Part shown: positions 27,803 to 36,826 of the stretch, piece after piece
Layout of the letters: each line of letters starts with the position of its first letter
Position numbering within the stretch: the stretch's first letter is position 1
Assembly: GCA_963663395.1 (NCBI GenBank)
Contig: OY760226.1
Coordinates: 3,608,325 to 3,672,324 of the forward strand
Source: Pseudomonadales bacterium
Lineage (GTDB): Bacteria; Pseudomonadota; Gammaproteobacteria; Pseudomonadales; Azotimanducaceae
DNA: 64,000 nt
Direction: 5' to 3'
Made by a program: the position numbers and the translations under genes
Notes under the pieces: model-generated
The model's database searches: none
The model's input: the letters and a program-made list of their open reading frames with translations, nothing else
Told to the model about the DNA's origin: nothing

Positions 27803-28067
27803 ATGAACGACGGTGGCGGCTCCTGCATCACGGCAGCCATCGCCGGCCCCTCGCGCGCCAAGTACATGGTGATGACCGGCGAACTGGTGGATGCGCAACA
27901 GGCCCTCGACTGGGGACTCATCGACTTCCTGGTCCCCGACGAAGAGGTCGATGCACGGGCATTGCAGATCGCCGCGAAGATCGCCGCACAACCGCCTGTG
28001 CATGTGTCCGTGGCCAAGCAACTGTGCGACGGCGTCCATGGCCAGTCGATACGTCAGGGCATGAATG
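27803..28067 (+). pseudogene. C-terminal fragment of a second crotonase (N-terminal ~140 aa missing)
   Basis: ORF 27803..28171 reads GPSRAKYMVMTGELVDAQQALDWGLIDFLVPDEEVDARALQIAAKIAAQPPVHVSVAKQL. This matches only the C-terminal half of enoyl-CoA hydratases. The remaining ORF overlaps the SDR on the other strand and turns Arg/Pro-rich. Confidence 0.7.
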
Positions 28068-28939
28068 TCAGGTCACATCGTCGACCAGCACGCGCCCCTG
28101 ATTCTGCACCCAGCGGCCCTCGGGGTCGCGTACCCAGCCGCTCGATGCCCAGGTGCCGCCGTCGACGCTGAGGGTCACGCCGGTAACGTACTCCGACATT
28201 TTCGATGCCAGGTACACCGCCGCATTGCCGCATTCGTCAACGTTGCCTTCGCGGCCCAGGGGAATCAGGCGGTTGGTCGAATCGAGTTGCTCCGGCGTCG
28301 GCACCGTCCATTGACTTTCATCCACCGGCCGGTGCGGTTGCCCCGGTTGCCGGGCGTCACCGTATGGTCCGGCGCGATGGCGTTGACGCGAATGCCGTGC
28401 GACGACAGCTCCAGCGCCATGCTGCGCGTGAAGCTCAACATGCCCGCTTTGCACGCCGCATAGACCGCGAAATAGGGCGCCGCCCGCTGCCCCTCGATGC
28501 TCGACACATTGACGATGGCGCCGCCGCGCCCCTCCCGGATCATGATCCTGGCCACCTCCGAGGTGGCCGCCAGCATGCTCACCAGGTTGATTTCGATGTG
28601 CCGGCGCCAACTGCGTTCGCTCTGCTTGAGAAACGGCCGGCCGTTCACGCCGCCGGCATTGTTGACCAGGATGTCGATACGGCCGAACCGCTCGTCCGCC
28701 TCGGCGATGGCTGTGCGCAGTTGATCCGTAACCATGACGTCCGCCACCAGGGGCAGTGCCTGGCGGCCCAACGCCTCCACCTGGCCGGCAACGTGCTGCG
28801 CACGCCCCGGCTCGATGTCCAGAATCGCCACATGGGCGCCGTAGCGCGCCAGCGACAGGGCGATACCCGCCCCGATACCCCCGCCGCCGCCGGTTACCAG
28901 CGCCACCTGATCGGTCACCGCGTAGTCGTTGTCGCTCAT
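28068..28939 (-). pseudogene. SDR family oxidoreductase interrupted by a frameshift (or a sequencing error)
   Basis: ORF 28265..28939 carries the N-terminal two thirds (ALVTGGGGGIGAGIALSLARYG, NNAG, YAACKAGMLSFTR, RVNAIAPD). The canonical C-terminus (RLIPLGREGNVDECGNAAVYLASKMSEYVTGVTLSVDGG) is in the frame of ORF 28068..28964. The span is 872 nt, not a multiple of 3. The shift lies in the G/C runs around 28320..28360. Confidence 0.7.
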
Positions 28940-29913
28940 GCTTCGCCTCGCGCAATCCTGTCAAGAAAAGGCTTCACCGCGGCCAGGAATCCCGCCGTGT
29001 TCTGTGACGCCACGTTGTGTCCGCAGTCAGGCACAACCTTGAGTTCCCCATCGGGTAGCGCCGCCACGAACCGTTCGGCCGCTTCCTGTTCCAGCACGTT
29101 GGAGTTGCCGCCCCGTATCAACAGCACCGGCATTTCAAGCTTGCTAACATCAGCGAGGCCGGGCACGCCGGGCACCCGGGCTCGAGCCCCTGCATCGCCA
29201 TCGCCGCTCGACACCACGTATCGGCGCCGGTCAGCCTTTGTCATGTAGCGGCCGTCCGCGCGCTTGATCAGGTTGTACTTCAACGTGCGCTCGATGTGCG
29301 CCCGGGTTCGGTAGCGGTCGTATCGCTCTACCCGGTCGAGGAATTCTTCCATGTCGTCGAACTCGATGTTGCGGCCGACGAATTCCCGGATCATGCGCGC
29401 ACCGCGCTCTCCCACCTCGGGACCGATATCCACGACCACTACCGCGCGCACCTGTTGCGGATGCGCACAGGCCAGCGCCAGCGCCACCACGCCACCCATC
29501 GAGTGGCCCACCACCACCGGGCGGGACAGGCCCAGTGCGGCAACAAATTCCCTGGCGTCGGGCATCATGTCCGAGATCGCGTAGTGGGCGCCCCGGTTCC
29601 ACTCGGAGTCGCCGTGTCCGCGCTGATCGAGCGCGATCACCCGGTAGTCCGCCGACAGGTGCAGGCTCACCAGGTCCCAGGAGTGCGCGGATTGATTTCC
29701 GCCGTGCAGCAGCAACACCGGCTGTGCGTCTTCCCTGCCCCATTCCAGAAAGTGGAAGCGCTGATGGCGCACTACCGTGTTGCGGGAAACGTAACGAACC
29801 TTTTCCGGTACGTCGAGGTCGAGGTCGCGCGCGCTGGTAAGCAGGCTGGCGAACTCTTCCAGTCCAATCATCTCAAGCGGTTGGAGGTCGCTACTGAAGG
29901 TGTTCAGATACAT
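28936..29913 (-). CDS. alpha/beta hydrolase fold protein
   Basis: Lies in ORF 28936..30207, start ATG 29913 (MYLNTFSSDL). Motifs: VLLLHGGNQSAHSWD, nucleophile elbow VVVGHSMGGVVAL and His context VPDCGHNV. The stop overlaps the SDR start (ATGA at 28936..28939). Confidence 0.85.
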   Translation of the reverse strand: MYLNTFSSDLQPLEMIGLEEFASLLTSARDLDLDVPEKVRYVSRNTVVRHQRFHFLEWGREDAQPVLLLHGGNQSAHSWDLVSLHLSADYRVIALDQRGHGDSEWNRGAHYAISDMMPDAREFVAALGLSRPVVVGHSMGGVVALALACAHPQQVRAVVVVDIGPEVGERGARMIREFVGRNIEFDDMEEFLDRVERYDRYRTRAHIERTLKYNLIKRADGRYMTKADRRRYVVSSGDGDAGARARVPGVPGLADVSKLEMPVLLIRGGNSNVLEQEAAERFVAALPDGELKVVPDCGHNVASQNTAGFLAAVKPFLDRIARGEA

Positions 29914-29938
29914 CCGCGTGTTACGCCGCCCGCTACCG

Positions 29939-31018
29939 TCAGACCGCCCGCGCCCAGCCTGACAGATCCGCCACCCGCACCCGGTGCACGCTGGTCGATC
30001 CCATGAACATGCGGTCAAAGACCGCGCGCTTGAGCCAGACGTGCAATGGAAATTCCCAGGTGTAGGCGATACCTCCATGCGCCTGGGTGGTCTCCCGCGC
30101 GGCGTGCAGGAAGCGTTCGGCAATATGCGCCTTCGCCAGGGCCGCCATGCGTTCCGCATCATCGGGCACCGCATCGAAGGCGTGCGCGGCGTACCAATAC
30201 AGGCCACGGGCCGGCTCCACGTCGGTGGCCACGTTGGCGAGCTGGTGCTTCAGTCCCTGGAACGCCCCGATCACCTGGCCGAACTGTTCCCTGGTGAGGG
30301 CATAGTCAACCGCCATGTCGATGCATCGCCGCGCTCCGCCGAAGGCATCGGCCGCGAGCAGCACCAGCAGCGCATCCCTGAGCCGTCGAGCCGACCCGCC
30401 AAGTGGCACTGCGGGCGTATCGCGGAAGGCAACATGGGCGATACGCCGGGTTGCATCCAGGCAAGGCAGCGGGGTCACTTCGATGGCCTGCGCCGGGTTC
30501 TCCACCAGCATCAGCTCACCGCCGGCAACGCCGACCACCATCAGGTCTGCCTGCCGGGGATAGAGCACATTGCGCTTGGCACCATTCAGTGCAGCCTGCC
30601 CTGCCAACTCCCACTCGTCGGGCTGCCATGCATCGTCGCTCTCGGCCAGGGCAACGGTGCCCAGGCAGTCGCCGGTGGCCAGCCGCGGCAACCAGCGCTC
30701 TTTCTGAACGTCGTTACCGCCCATGGAAATGGCCAGGGCCGCCGCGACATGGCCAAGGTAGGGCCCCGGGGTGCCGTGATAGCCCAGAATTTCGGCCACC
30801 ACCGCGGCGTCAAGCATCTGCAGCCCCGTCCCCCCATGCTGCTCGTCGATCATGAGACCCAGCACGCCCAGCCTGCCGAGCGCCTGCCACAGCCGCACAT
30901 CGTGCCCGTCTTCGCTGTCGAAGATTTCCAGGAGCCGAGTCTGTTCGAGTTCGTTGTGCAGCAATCGGCCGACAGAGTCCTGAAGCGCTGACTGCTCTTC
31001 GGAGAGATCGAAGTTCAC
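29939..31018 (-). CDS. acyl-CoA dehydrogenase family protein, small/degenerate partner of a pair
   Basis: 359 aa from GTG 31018 (GTGA overlap with the upstream ACAD). Motifs: LWQALGRLGVLGLMIDEQHGGTGL, REQFGQVIGAFQGLKHQLA and AHGGIAYTWEFPLHVWLKRA. It has no SEPxAGSD block (LAESDDAW instead) and no Glu at either catalytic-base position (LAADAFGG, FMGST). Confidence 0.85.
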   Translation of the reverse strand: MNFDLSEEQSALQDSVGRLLHNELEQTRLLEIFDSEDGHDVRLWQALGRLGVLGLMIDEQHGGTGLQMLDAAVVAEILGYHGTPGPYLGHVAAALAISMGGNDVQKERWLPRLATGDCLGTVALAESDDAWQPDEWELAGQAALNGAKRNVLYPRQADLMVVGVAGGELMLVENPAQAIEVTPLPCLDATRRIAHVAFRDTPAVPLGGSARRLRDALLVLLAADAFGGARRCIDMAVDYALTREQFGQVIGAFQGLKHQLANVATDVEPARGLYWYAAHAFDAVPDDAERMAALAKAHIAERFLHAARETTQAHGGIAYTWEFPLHVWLKRAVFDRMFMGSTSVHRVRVADLSGWARAV

Positions 31019-32199
31019 GCGGCGCCCCCGGTCTTGTCACGGGGCAGGCCGAGACCACGCTCGCCGATGATGTTGCGCTGAATGTTCGAGGTGCCGCCGG
31101 CAATGGCGATACCCAGCGAACCGAAGAACTGGTTCATCCAGCGCTCGTTGCCGACCTTGTGGCCAGGCTCGTAGACGGGCAGCAGCAGGCTCTCATCGCC
31201 GATCAGTTCCTGCGCGAGCGCGGCGATCAGGTGTCCCAGGTTGGTGACCACGAGTTTGTTCATGGTGGTCACCGGGCCCGGGTTCCTGCCGGCAAGGCTC
31301 ATGCTGAGCTGGCGAAAAGTGGAGTATCGGTGCGCCTGAAGGTAGCCCTCTATCTCTGCGAGCCGGTCCTTGACGATCGGGTTATCAATTGCGGGCCGGC
31401 CATTCCTGGTCGTGCTCCTGGCGACGTTGACGAGCTTGGCAAACTGCTCCAGGTAGGTTTCCGCGTTGCCGATGCCCGTGCGCTCATGCTTGAGCGTCGC
31501 GCGCGACACCTGCCAGCCTTCGCCGCGCCGGCCGACGATCCAGTCGGCGGGCGTGCGCACATCGTCGAAGAACACCTCGTTGAACGTGCTTTGGCCGGTA
31601 ATCTGCTTCAGCGGGCGAATGGTGACGCCGGGCTGGTGCAAGTCGAGCAGCAGGTAGGAAATGCCCTGGTGCTTGGGGGCGTCCGGTTCCGTTCGTACCA
31701 GCGCGAACATGTACCGGCACAGCTGCGCGCGGCTGGTCCAGATCTTCTGCCCGTTGATGATCCACTCATCGCCTACCAACTCGCCGCGTGTGCGCACCGA
31801 GGCCAGGTCGCTGCCGGACCCGGGCTCGCTGTAACCCTGGGCCCAATCGACCTCGCCGCGCACCGTGGGCGGTATGAACCGTTCCTGCTGCCAGGGTGTA
31901 CCGCACTCGAGAAGCGTCGGCACCAGCATGCGCACGCCGTTGCCCGCTACTTCCATGGGCGCCCGCGCACCGGAAAATTCCTCGTGGATGACTTGGGCGC
32001 GCAGCACATCCGCGGGCTGTTCGCTACCGCCGAAACGGCGCGGGATATTGCGGTACAGGTACCCGGCCTCGGTTGCCCGCAGTCGGAACGCCGAGATACG
32101 TTGCGGATCCCGCCCGTCCTCCCGCGACCAGTTGGTGGCGACGAACTCGCGCACCTCTTCGCGGAACGTTTCGTACTCCGCGCCGTAGCTCAGATCCAT
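31015..32199 (-). CDS. acyl-CoA dehydrogenase (FadE-like, large subunit of pair)
   Basis: 394 aa. Motifs: WAQGYSEPGSGSDLASVRT, VGDEWIINGQKIWTS, LKHERTG and IAGGTSNIQRNIIGERGLGLP. Confidence 0.9.
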   Translation of the reverse strand: MDLSYGAEYETFREEVREFVATNWSREDGRDPQRISAFRLRATEAGYLYRNIPRRFGGSEQPADVLRAQVIHEEFSGARAPMEVAGNGVRMLVPTLLECGTPWQQERFIPPTVRGEVDWAQGYSEPGSGSDLASVRTRGELVGDEWIINGQKIWTSRAQLCRYMFALVRTEPDAPKHQGISYLLLDLHQPGVTIRPLKQITGQSTFNEVFFDDVRTPADWIVGRRGEGWQVSRATLKHERTGIGNAETYLEQFAKLVNVARSTTRNGRPAIDNPIVKDRLAEIEGYLQAHRYSTFRQLSMSLAGRNPGPVTTMNKLVVTNLGHLIAALAQELIGDESLLLPVYEPGHKVGNERWMNQFFGSLGIAIAGGTSNIQRNIIGERGLGLPRDKTGGAA

Positions 32200-32258
32200 G
32201 CCGGCCTCCCGGTCGGATTACTGTTCAGGGCGCCGGTCCCCCTATTCGACGCCACAAG

Positions 32259-32270
32259 ACAATCGATTGT
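32259..32270. promoter_or_regulatory. perfect 12-bp palindrome ACAATCGATTGT upstream of the ACAD pair, a candidate operator
   Basis: Read directly. It lies in a locally AT-richer 95-nt gap, 60 nt upstream of ATG 32199 (minus strand) and 25 nt after the crotonase stop. Confidence 0.3.
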
Positions 32271-32294
32271 AGATCAACTCAACTAATGTTCAAC

Positions 32295-33119
32295 TTATCT
32301 AGATGATTTTGCCTGAGCCTTCCTGCGCATGCGCTGCACGATGTCCTTTCCCGCCTGACGCTGGTTGCGCGCCTCCAGATCGAACAGGTAACGGCGCCGG
32401 TCGGCCTCCTCCTCGGCCTCGGTGAGGTTGTTCTTGATCAGCGTCAGCAGCGTTGCGGGCACCCTCAGCAGTTTTCGCGCCACCGACATCGTGTAATCCC
32501 GCAACTCTGCGGGCGGCAACACCTTGTTCAGCATGCCCCATTCGTACGCCTGCTGCGCCGTCAGCCGTTCGTTGAGGTAGTAGAACTCGCGCGTGCGGGC
32601 CGTGCCCATGACCCGGGTCCAGAACAGCGAACCCCCGTAGTCGCCGGAAAGGCCAACGCTGGAAAAGCTGGACATGAATGCCGCATCTTCAGATGCATAG
32701 CGAAGGTCGCACGCCGCCGCCAGACTGCAGCCGGCGCCCACCGCGGGACCCCCGATCATGGCGATCGCCGGTTTGGGCATGGTGTGCAGCAACATTGGCG
32801 CGTGCAGGTCGTAGCGGGTCAGATCGTCCTCCGCGGCATCGGGATCGGCGCCCAGCGTGCCTCTCCGCAGCCCGCCGCCGTCCTTGATGTCGCCGCCGGA
32901 GCAGAATCCTCCCGGTGCATCGCCCTTCGGCGCCCCGGTGAGTACCACCACCTTCACGCCGTCATCCGCCGCCATTTCCCGCACGGCCCCATCCAGAGCG
33001 TCAATCAGTGCGCCATTCAACGCATTCAAGCGCTGCGGGCGGTTGAGCGTGATCACACCAATTCGCTCGTTGACTTCTGTGAGGATCACGGGCGCCTCCG
33101 GCGCCTGCTCGTTTTTCAT
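32295..33119 (-). CDS. enoyl-CoA hydratase/isomerase family protein
   Basis: 274 aa. Motifs: IGVITLNRPQRLNALNGALIDAL, GGFCSGGDIKD and AMIGGPAVGAGCSLAAACDLRYAS. Confidence 0.9.
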   Translation of the reverse strand: MKNEQAPEAPVILTEVNERIGVITLNRPQRLNALNGALIDALDGAVREMAADDGVKVVVLTGAPKGDAPGGFCSGGDIKDGGGLRRGTLGADPDAAEDDLTRYDLHAPMLLHTMPKPAIAMIGGPAVGAGCSLAAACDLRYASEDAAFMSSFSSVGLSGDYGGSLFWTRVMGTARTREFYYLNERLTAQQAYEWGMLNKVLPPAELRDYTMSVARKLLRVPATLLTLIKNNLTEAEEEADRRRYLFDLEARNQRQAGKDIVQRMRRKAQAKSSR

Positions 33120-33152
33120 GCGCTGCCCTCCTCTGGCTCGATAGCCATGTGG

Positions 33153-33953
33153 CTAGAAGTCCGTGCCGCCGTCGATATTGACCGTTGCGCCGGTCATGTA
33201 CGCCGCGCGTTCGGACAGCAGGAACGCCATCAGATCGCCGACGTCTTCCGGCTTGCCGATCGAGCGCATCGCCACCGGCAGTTTCCATTCCTCGATCATC
33301 ACGTGCTCCAGGGCCTGATCCAGGGGCAGGCCATATTCCTTGGCCGCCAGGTGCCGGCGGCGTATGAGCACGTCCGTCTCTATGGCGCCCGGACACACGC
33401 AATTGGCGCGAATGCCCTCGGCGCCATAGGTCTTGCACAGGTTCTTGGTGAAATTCACCAACGCTGCTTTCAGTGCCGCATAGGCGAACAGGAACGGCTT
33501 GGCAGCGCGCGCCGAATAGGCAGCCGTGGTCACGAGCTGCCCCCCGCCCTGTTCCAGAAGATGCGGCACGATCGCCCGGCAACTGCGCACCTGGCTCATG
33601 AGCACGTCCTGGAAGTTGACCTCCCAATCGTCATCGCTCATCTCCAGGAGGGTGCCGTTGCGGTCGGTGGAGCCGGGCGTCGTGAGCAGGCCGCGGATGG
33701 TACCGAGTGCATCGATGGCTCGCCCGACCGCCTGCTCCACCTGATCGCGAGCGCTGGCATCGGCACCGAAGCCGACCACCTGTGCACCGGTCTCGGCCCG
33801 CAACTCGGCGGCACGCTCGCCGGCCGCGGCTTCGGTGCGCCCGACGATTGCGACGCGAGCGCCGTCCCCGGCCAGGCGACGGGCCGCCTCCCAGCCCATG
33901 CCGCGCGTACCGCCGACGACAATGTAAGCGTTATCCCTGACTCCCAGTTCCAT
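33153..33953 (-). CDS. SDR family oxidoreductase
   Basis: Lies in ORF 33153..33968, start ATG 33953 (alternative 33968). Motifs: IVVGGTRGMGWEAARRLAGDGARV, YAALKAALVNFTKNL (YxxxK) and MTGATVNIDGG. Confidence 0.88.
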   Translation of the reverse strand: MELGVRDNAYIVVGGTRGMGWEAARRLAGDGARVAIVGRTEAAAGERAAELRAETGAQVVGFGADASARDQVEQAVGRAIDALGTIRGLLTTPGSTDRNGTLLEMSDDDWEVNFQDVLMSQVRSCRAIVPHLLEQGGGQLVTTAAYSARAAKPFLFAYAALKAALVNFTKNLCKTYGAEGIRANCVCPGAIETDVLIRRRHLAAKEYGLPLDQALEHVMIEEWKLPVAMRSIGKPEDVGDLMAFLLSERAAYMTGATVNIDGGTDF

Positions 33954-34109
33954 CGCAGTTCCCCGCATCAGATTGATTTTTCAAAAGTACCACGACCGTT
34001 GCCGCGAACGGCTTCAGGCGCGGCGAATGACGGCGCCGGCGATACCGCCAACCCTTCCTGGCGCAACGCCGGCTGATCGTGGGCGGGCGCCGCTCGGAAA
34101 CCTCGAGGT

Positions 34110-35606
34110 TCATGGATTTGTCGATTCCATTTCGCGCTCGATCAACGCACGAACCTCGTTCGACAACACCTTGAACATCGCATTGCGCGGCAGGGCATCT
34201 ACGAATACGACCGCCACGGGCACGCAATACCCGGGTTTGCGCTGTGCAACCCAGGCCTTGAGTTCCGCCGCCGACACCGAGCCGTCCGTGCATCGCACCA
34301 CCGCCGCAGCGGGCACCTGTCCGAGCCGGACATCGTCCAGCCCCACCACCACCGCATCGGCAACCGCCGGGTGCACGCACAGCACCTCGGCCACCTCGTT
34401 GGCGGCGACCTTGAAGCCACCGCGCACCAGCACATCGTCGACCCGGCCCTCGATCCACACGAAACCGTCCTCGTCCATGCATGCGAGGTCGTTGGTGCGT
34501 ATCCAGCCGGCCGGCGCATCGGCCGGACGCCGTGGCGGGTCGGCTTCGAGCAGACCGACTTCGCCCGACGGCAACTCCCTGCCCGTGTCCGCATCCACGA
34601 TGCGCACCTTGTTGTCCGGCAGTGCACGCCCGACACTGCCGCGCTTCTCCTTCACAAGCGCCAGGTCGGTGCCTGCGAACCCCGTCACGGCGCCCAGAAA
34701 CTCCGTTGCACCGTAGGCAGTAATCACCGGTATGCCGTAGGTGGCCTCGAATTCCTCCGCCGTTGCGGGGTCCAGGCGGGCGGACGCCGCGCGGAACACC
34801 GATGCGCCGGACAGGTATTCCCGGGGCACCCGGTTGTCGAGCAGCATGCGAATCACCGCCGGCGGCGCGGCCAACTGTCGCGGTTTGTACGCTCTAACCA
34901 TCTCTGCCCAGCGCCAGATGTCGAAGCGCTCCAGGAGCGCCGTGGGGCGGCCCTTCCAGACCGCCGCCGCCGCACCCATGACGCCGCCCATGCTCACCAG
35001 CGGCACCGCCGAGATGGCCACGCCGCGCTGGTCCGGCGGGCGCGGATTCGCCGGCCGGTCGCCCGCGAAATGCCGGAAAGGCACCGGCACGCGCTTGGGC
35101 GGCCCCGTTGTGCCGCTGGTCAGCATGGTCACCGCGGTGTCGTCGAGCGGCTCGTAGTGGCGGCCCGAGCCCAGGCGCTCGAGCCCCGGAACCACGCGAA
35201 CCGGCAGGTGCCGGTCTCCGGTCAGTTCGATGCCCAGGGTGCCCGTGGCCTGCAGCACTTGCCGAAAACCGGTGCGCCGCCAGTCTTGTGCATCCGCCAC
35301 CAGCACCGCCGGGCGCAAGGCTCCGAGATCTTCACGGATCGCCGCATCCGGCTGAATGGGCGTGGCCAGAACGGCGCAACGGCGCATGGCAAGTACGGAA
35401 ACATAGGCGCCGAAGCAGTGCGGACGCTGTCTGAGCACCAGGCCAACGCCTTCCCGGTCGGCAACCCCTGCGGCGGTGAGCGCATCGCGCAGCCCGTCGC
35501 GTATGCGGGCGAGATCCCCCCAGGTCCAGGTTCCGCCCTCGTAGAACACCGCCGGCGCATCGGGCTCGTTCCGAAAAAGCTCATCGATGCGCTCGTTGAT
35601 CTCCAT
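34110..35606 (-). CDS. AMP-dependent synthetase/ligase (acyl-CoA synthetase)
   Basis: 498 aa. Motifs: P-loop MLTSGTTGPPKRVP, ITAYGATE, WIRTNDLACMDEDGFVWIEGRVDDVLVRGGFKV. Confidence 0.92.
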   Translation of the reverse strand: MEINERIDELFRNEPDAPAVFYEGGTWTWGDLARIRDGLRDALTAAGVADREGVGLVLRQRPHCFGAYVSVLAMRRCAVLATPIQPDAAIREDLGALRPAVLVADAQDWRRTGFRQVLQATGTLGIELTGDRHLPVRVVPGLERLGSGRHYEPLDDTAVTMLTSGTTGPPKRVPVPFRHFAGDRPANPRPPDQRGVAISAVPLVSMGGVMGAAAAVWKGRPTALLERFDIWRWAEMVRAYKPRQLAAPPAVIRMLLDNRVPREYLSGASVFRAASARLDPATAEEFEATYGIPVITAYGATEFLGAVTGFAGTDLALVKEKRGSVGRALPDNKVRIVDADTGRELPSGEVGLLEADPPRRPADAPAGWIRTNDLACMDEDGFVWIEGRVDDVLVRGGFKVAANEVAEVLCVHPAVADAVVVGLDDVRLGQVPAAAVVRCTDGSVSAAELKAWVAQRKPGYCVPVAVVFVDALPRNAMFKVLSNEVRALIEREMESTNP

Positions 35607-35622
35607 CGGCCGGCGTCGGCGG

Positions 35623-36675
35623 CTATGCGGCCCGGTTTTCTTCGATCAGCCGATGCACGACTTCGATGGTCTCGAGCTTGGCATCGGCGCCCCGCCCCAT
35701 GACCTGCAGCTGGAGGATATCGATGCCGCAGTGCTCGTATTCCCGCAGGCGCTCCCGCACCATGTCCCGGGTGCCGATCACGCTGGCCTGCAGCGCCATG
35801 TCGTCAGGAACCCGGGCCACCGCCTGGTCGCGCTTCCCCGCCACCCAGAGCCGCTGCACGTCAGCGGCCACATCATCGTAGCCGATGCGCCGGAACGCCT
35901 GGTTGTAGAAATTGGTCTTCGGCGAGCCCATGCCGCCCAGTTGAAACGCCAATGCCGGCTTGCGTTTGGCAATCATCTCCTCGACGTTGTCGCCCACGCC
36001 GACAACCGCACCCACGGCAAGCTCGATGTCATCGAAGTTTCGTCCCGCTCGCACGGCCCCGCGCCGCATGGGCTCCAGGTACGATGCAGCCGTCGCGGGC
36101 GTGAACGAGGTGCCGATCCAGCCGTCCGCCATTTCCCCCGTGTATTCCAGCGCCCTCGGCCCCAGGGTCGCCAGAAAGATCGGAATGTTGGCATTCGGCC
36201 GGTGCGCCAGGCGCAGGGCCTTGCCTTCGCCGCCGGGTAGGGGCAACACATGGTGTTTGCCCTCGTAGCGCAGCTTCTCGCCCGCGAAGGCGAGCTTCAG
36301 GATGTCCACCAGTTCCTTCATGCGCGCCAGCGGATGTGCAAAAGGCACGCCGTGCAGGCCCTCGACAACCTGGGGCCCGCTCACCCCCAACCCAAGCATG
36401 AACCGGTTTTCGCTCATCGCCGCCAGAGACAGGGCTGCCATGGCGATGTTTCCCGGTGCCCGCGCGCTGACCTGGGCGATGCCCGAGGCCAGCCGCATCG
36501 TCGTGGTCCTGGCTGCCAGATAGGCCAGCGGCGTGAACGCGTCGGTACCCCAGGCCTCAGCCGACCAGGCCACGTCGACACCGAGTTTTTCACACTCGAT
36601 CGCATAGTCGACCGAGCGCGCGAAGCCGCCTTTCCTGTCCGCATCCACGCCGCCTATGGCAATAGCCGTTTTCAT
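35623..36675 (-). CDS. LLM class F420-dependent-type oxidoreductase
   Basis: 350 aa. Motifs: CEKLGVDVAWSAEAWGTDAFTPLAYLAARTTTMRLASGI, NRFMLGLGVSGPQVVEGLHGVPF and IPIFLATLGPRALEYTGEMADGW. Confidence 0.88.
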   Translation of the reverse strand: MKTAIAIGGVDADRKGGFARSVDYAIECEKLGVDVAWSAEAWGTDAFTPLAYLAARTTTMRLASGIAQVSARAPGNIAMAALSLAAMSENRFMLGLGVSGPQVVEGLHGVPFAHPLARMKELVDILKLAFAGEKLRYEGKHHVLPLPGGEGKALRLAHRPNANIPIFLATLGPRALEYTGEMADGWIGTSFTPATAASYLEPMRRGAVRAGRNFDDIELAVGAVVGVGDNVEEMIAKRKPALAFQLGGMGSPKTNFYNQAFRRIGYDDVAADVQRLWVAGKRDQAVARVPDDMALQASVIGTRDMVRERLREYEHCGIDILQLQVMGRGADAKLETIEVVHRLIEENRAA

Positions 36676-36826
36676 GTCACCCCCCGGTTGACTTCGTTCA
36701 GGCTGCGTCAGGCGACTCGCTCATCGGAAGTCTTTGTGTAAACTCGGCTGCGCCGGACCTGTTTAGATAATTTATACTTTTCGCTGGAGCATGGAAATAC
36801 CGGGAACAAATCGGACAGGACACCAG

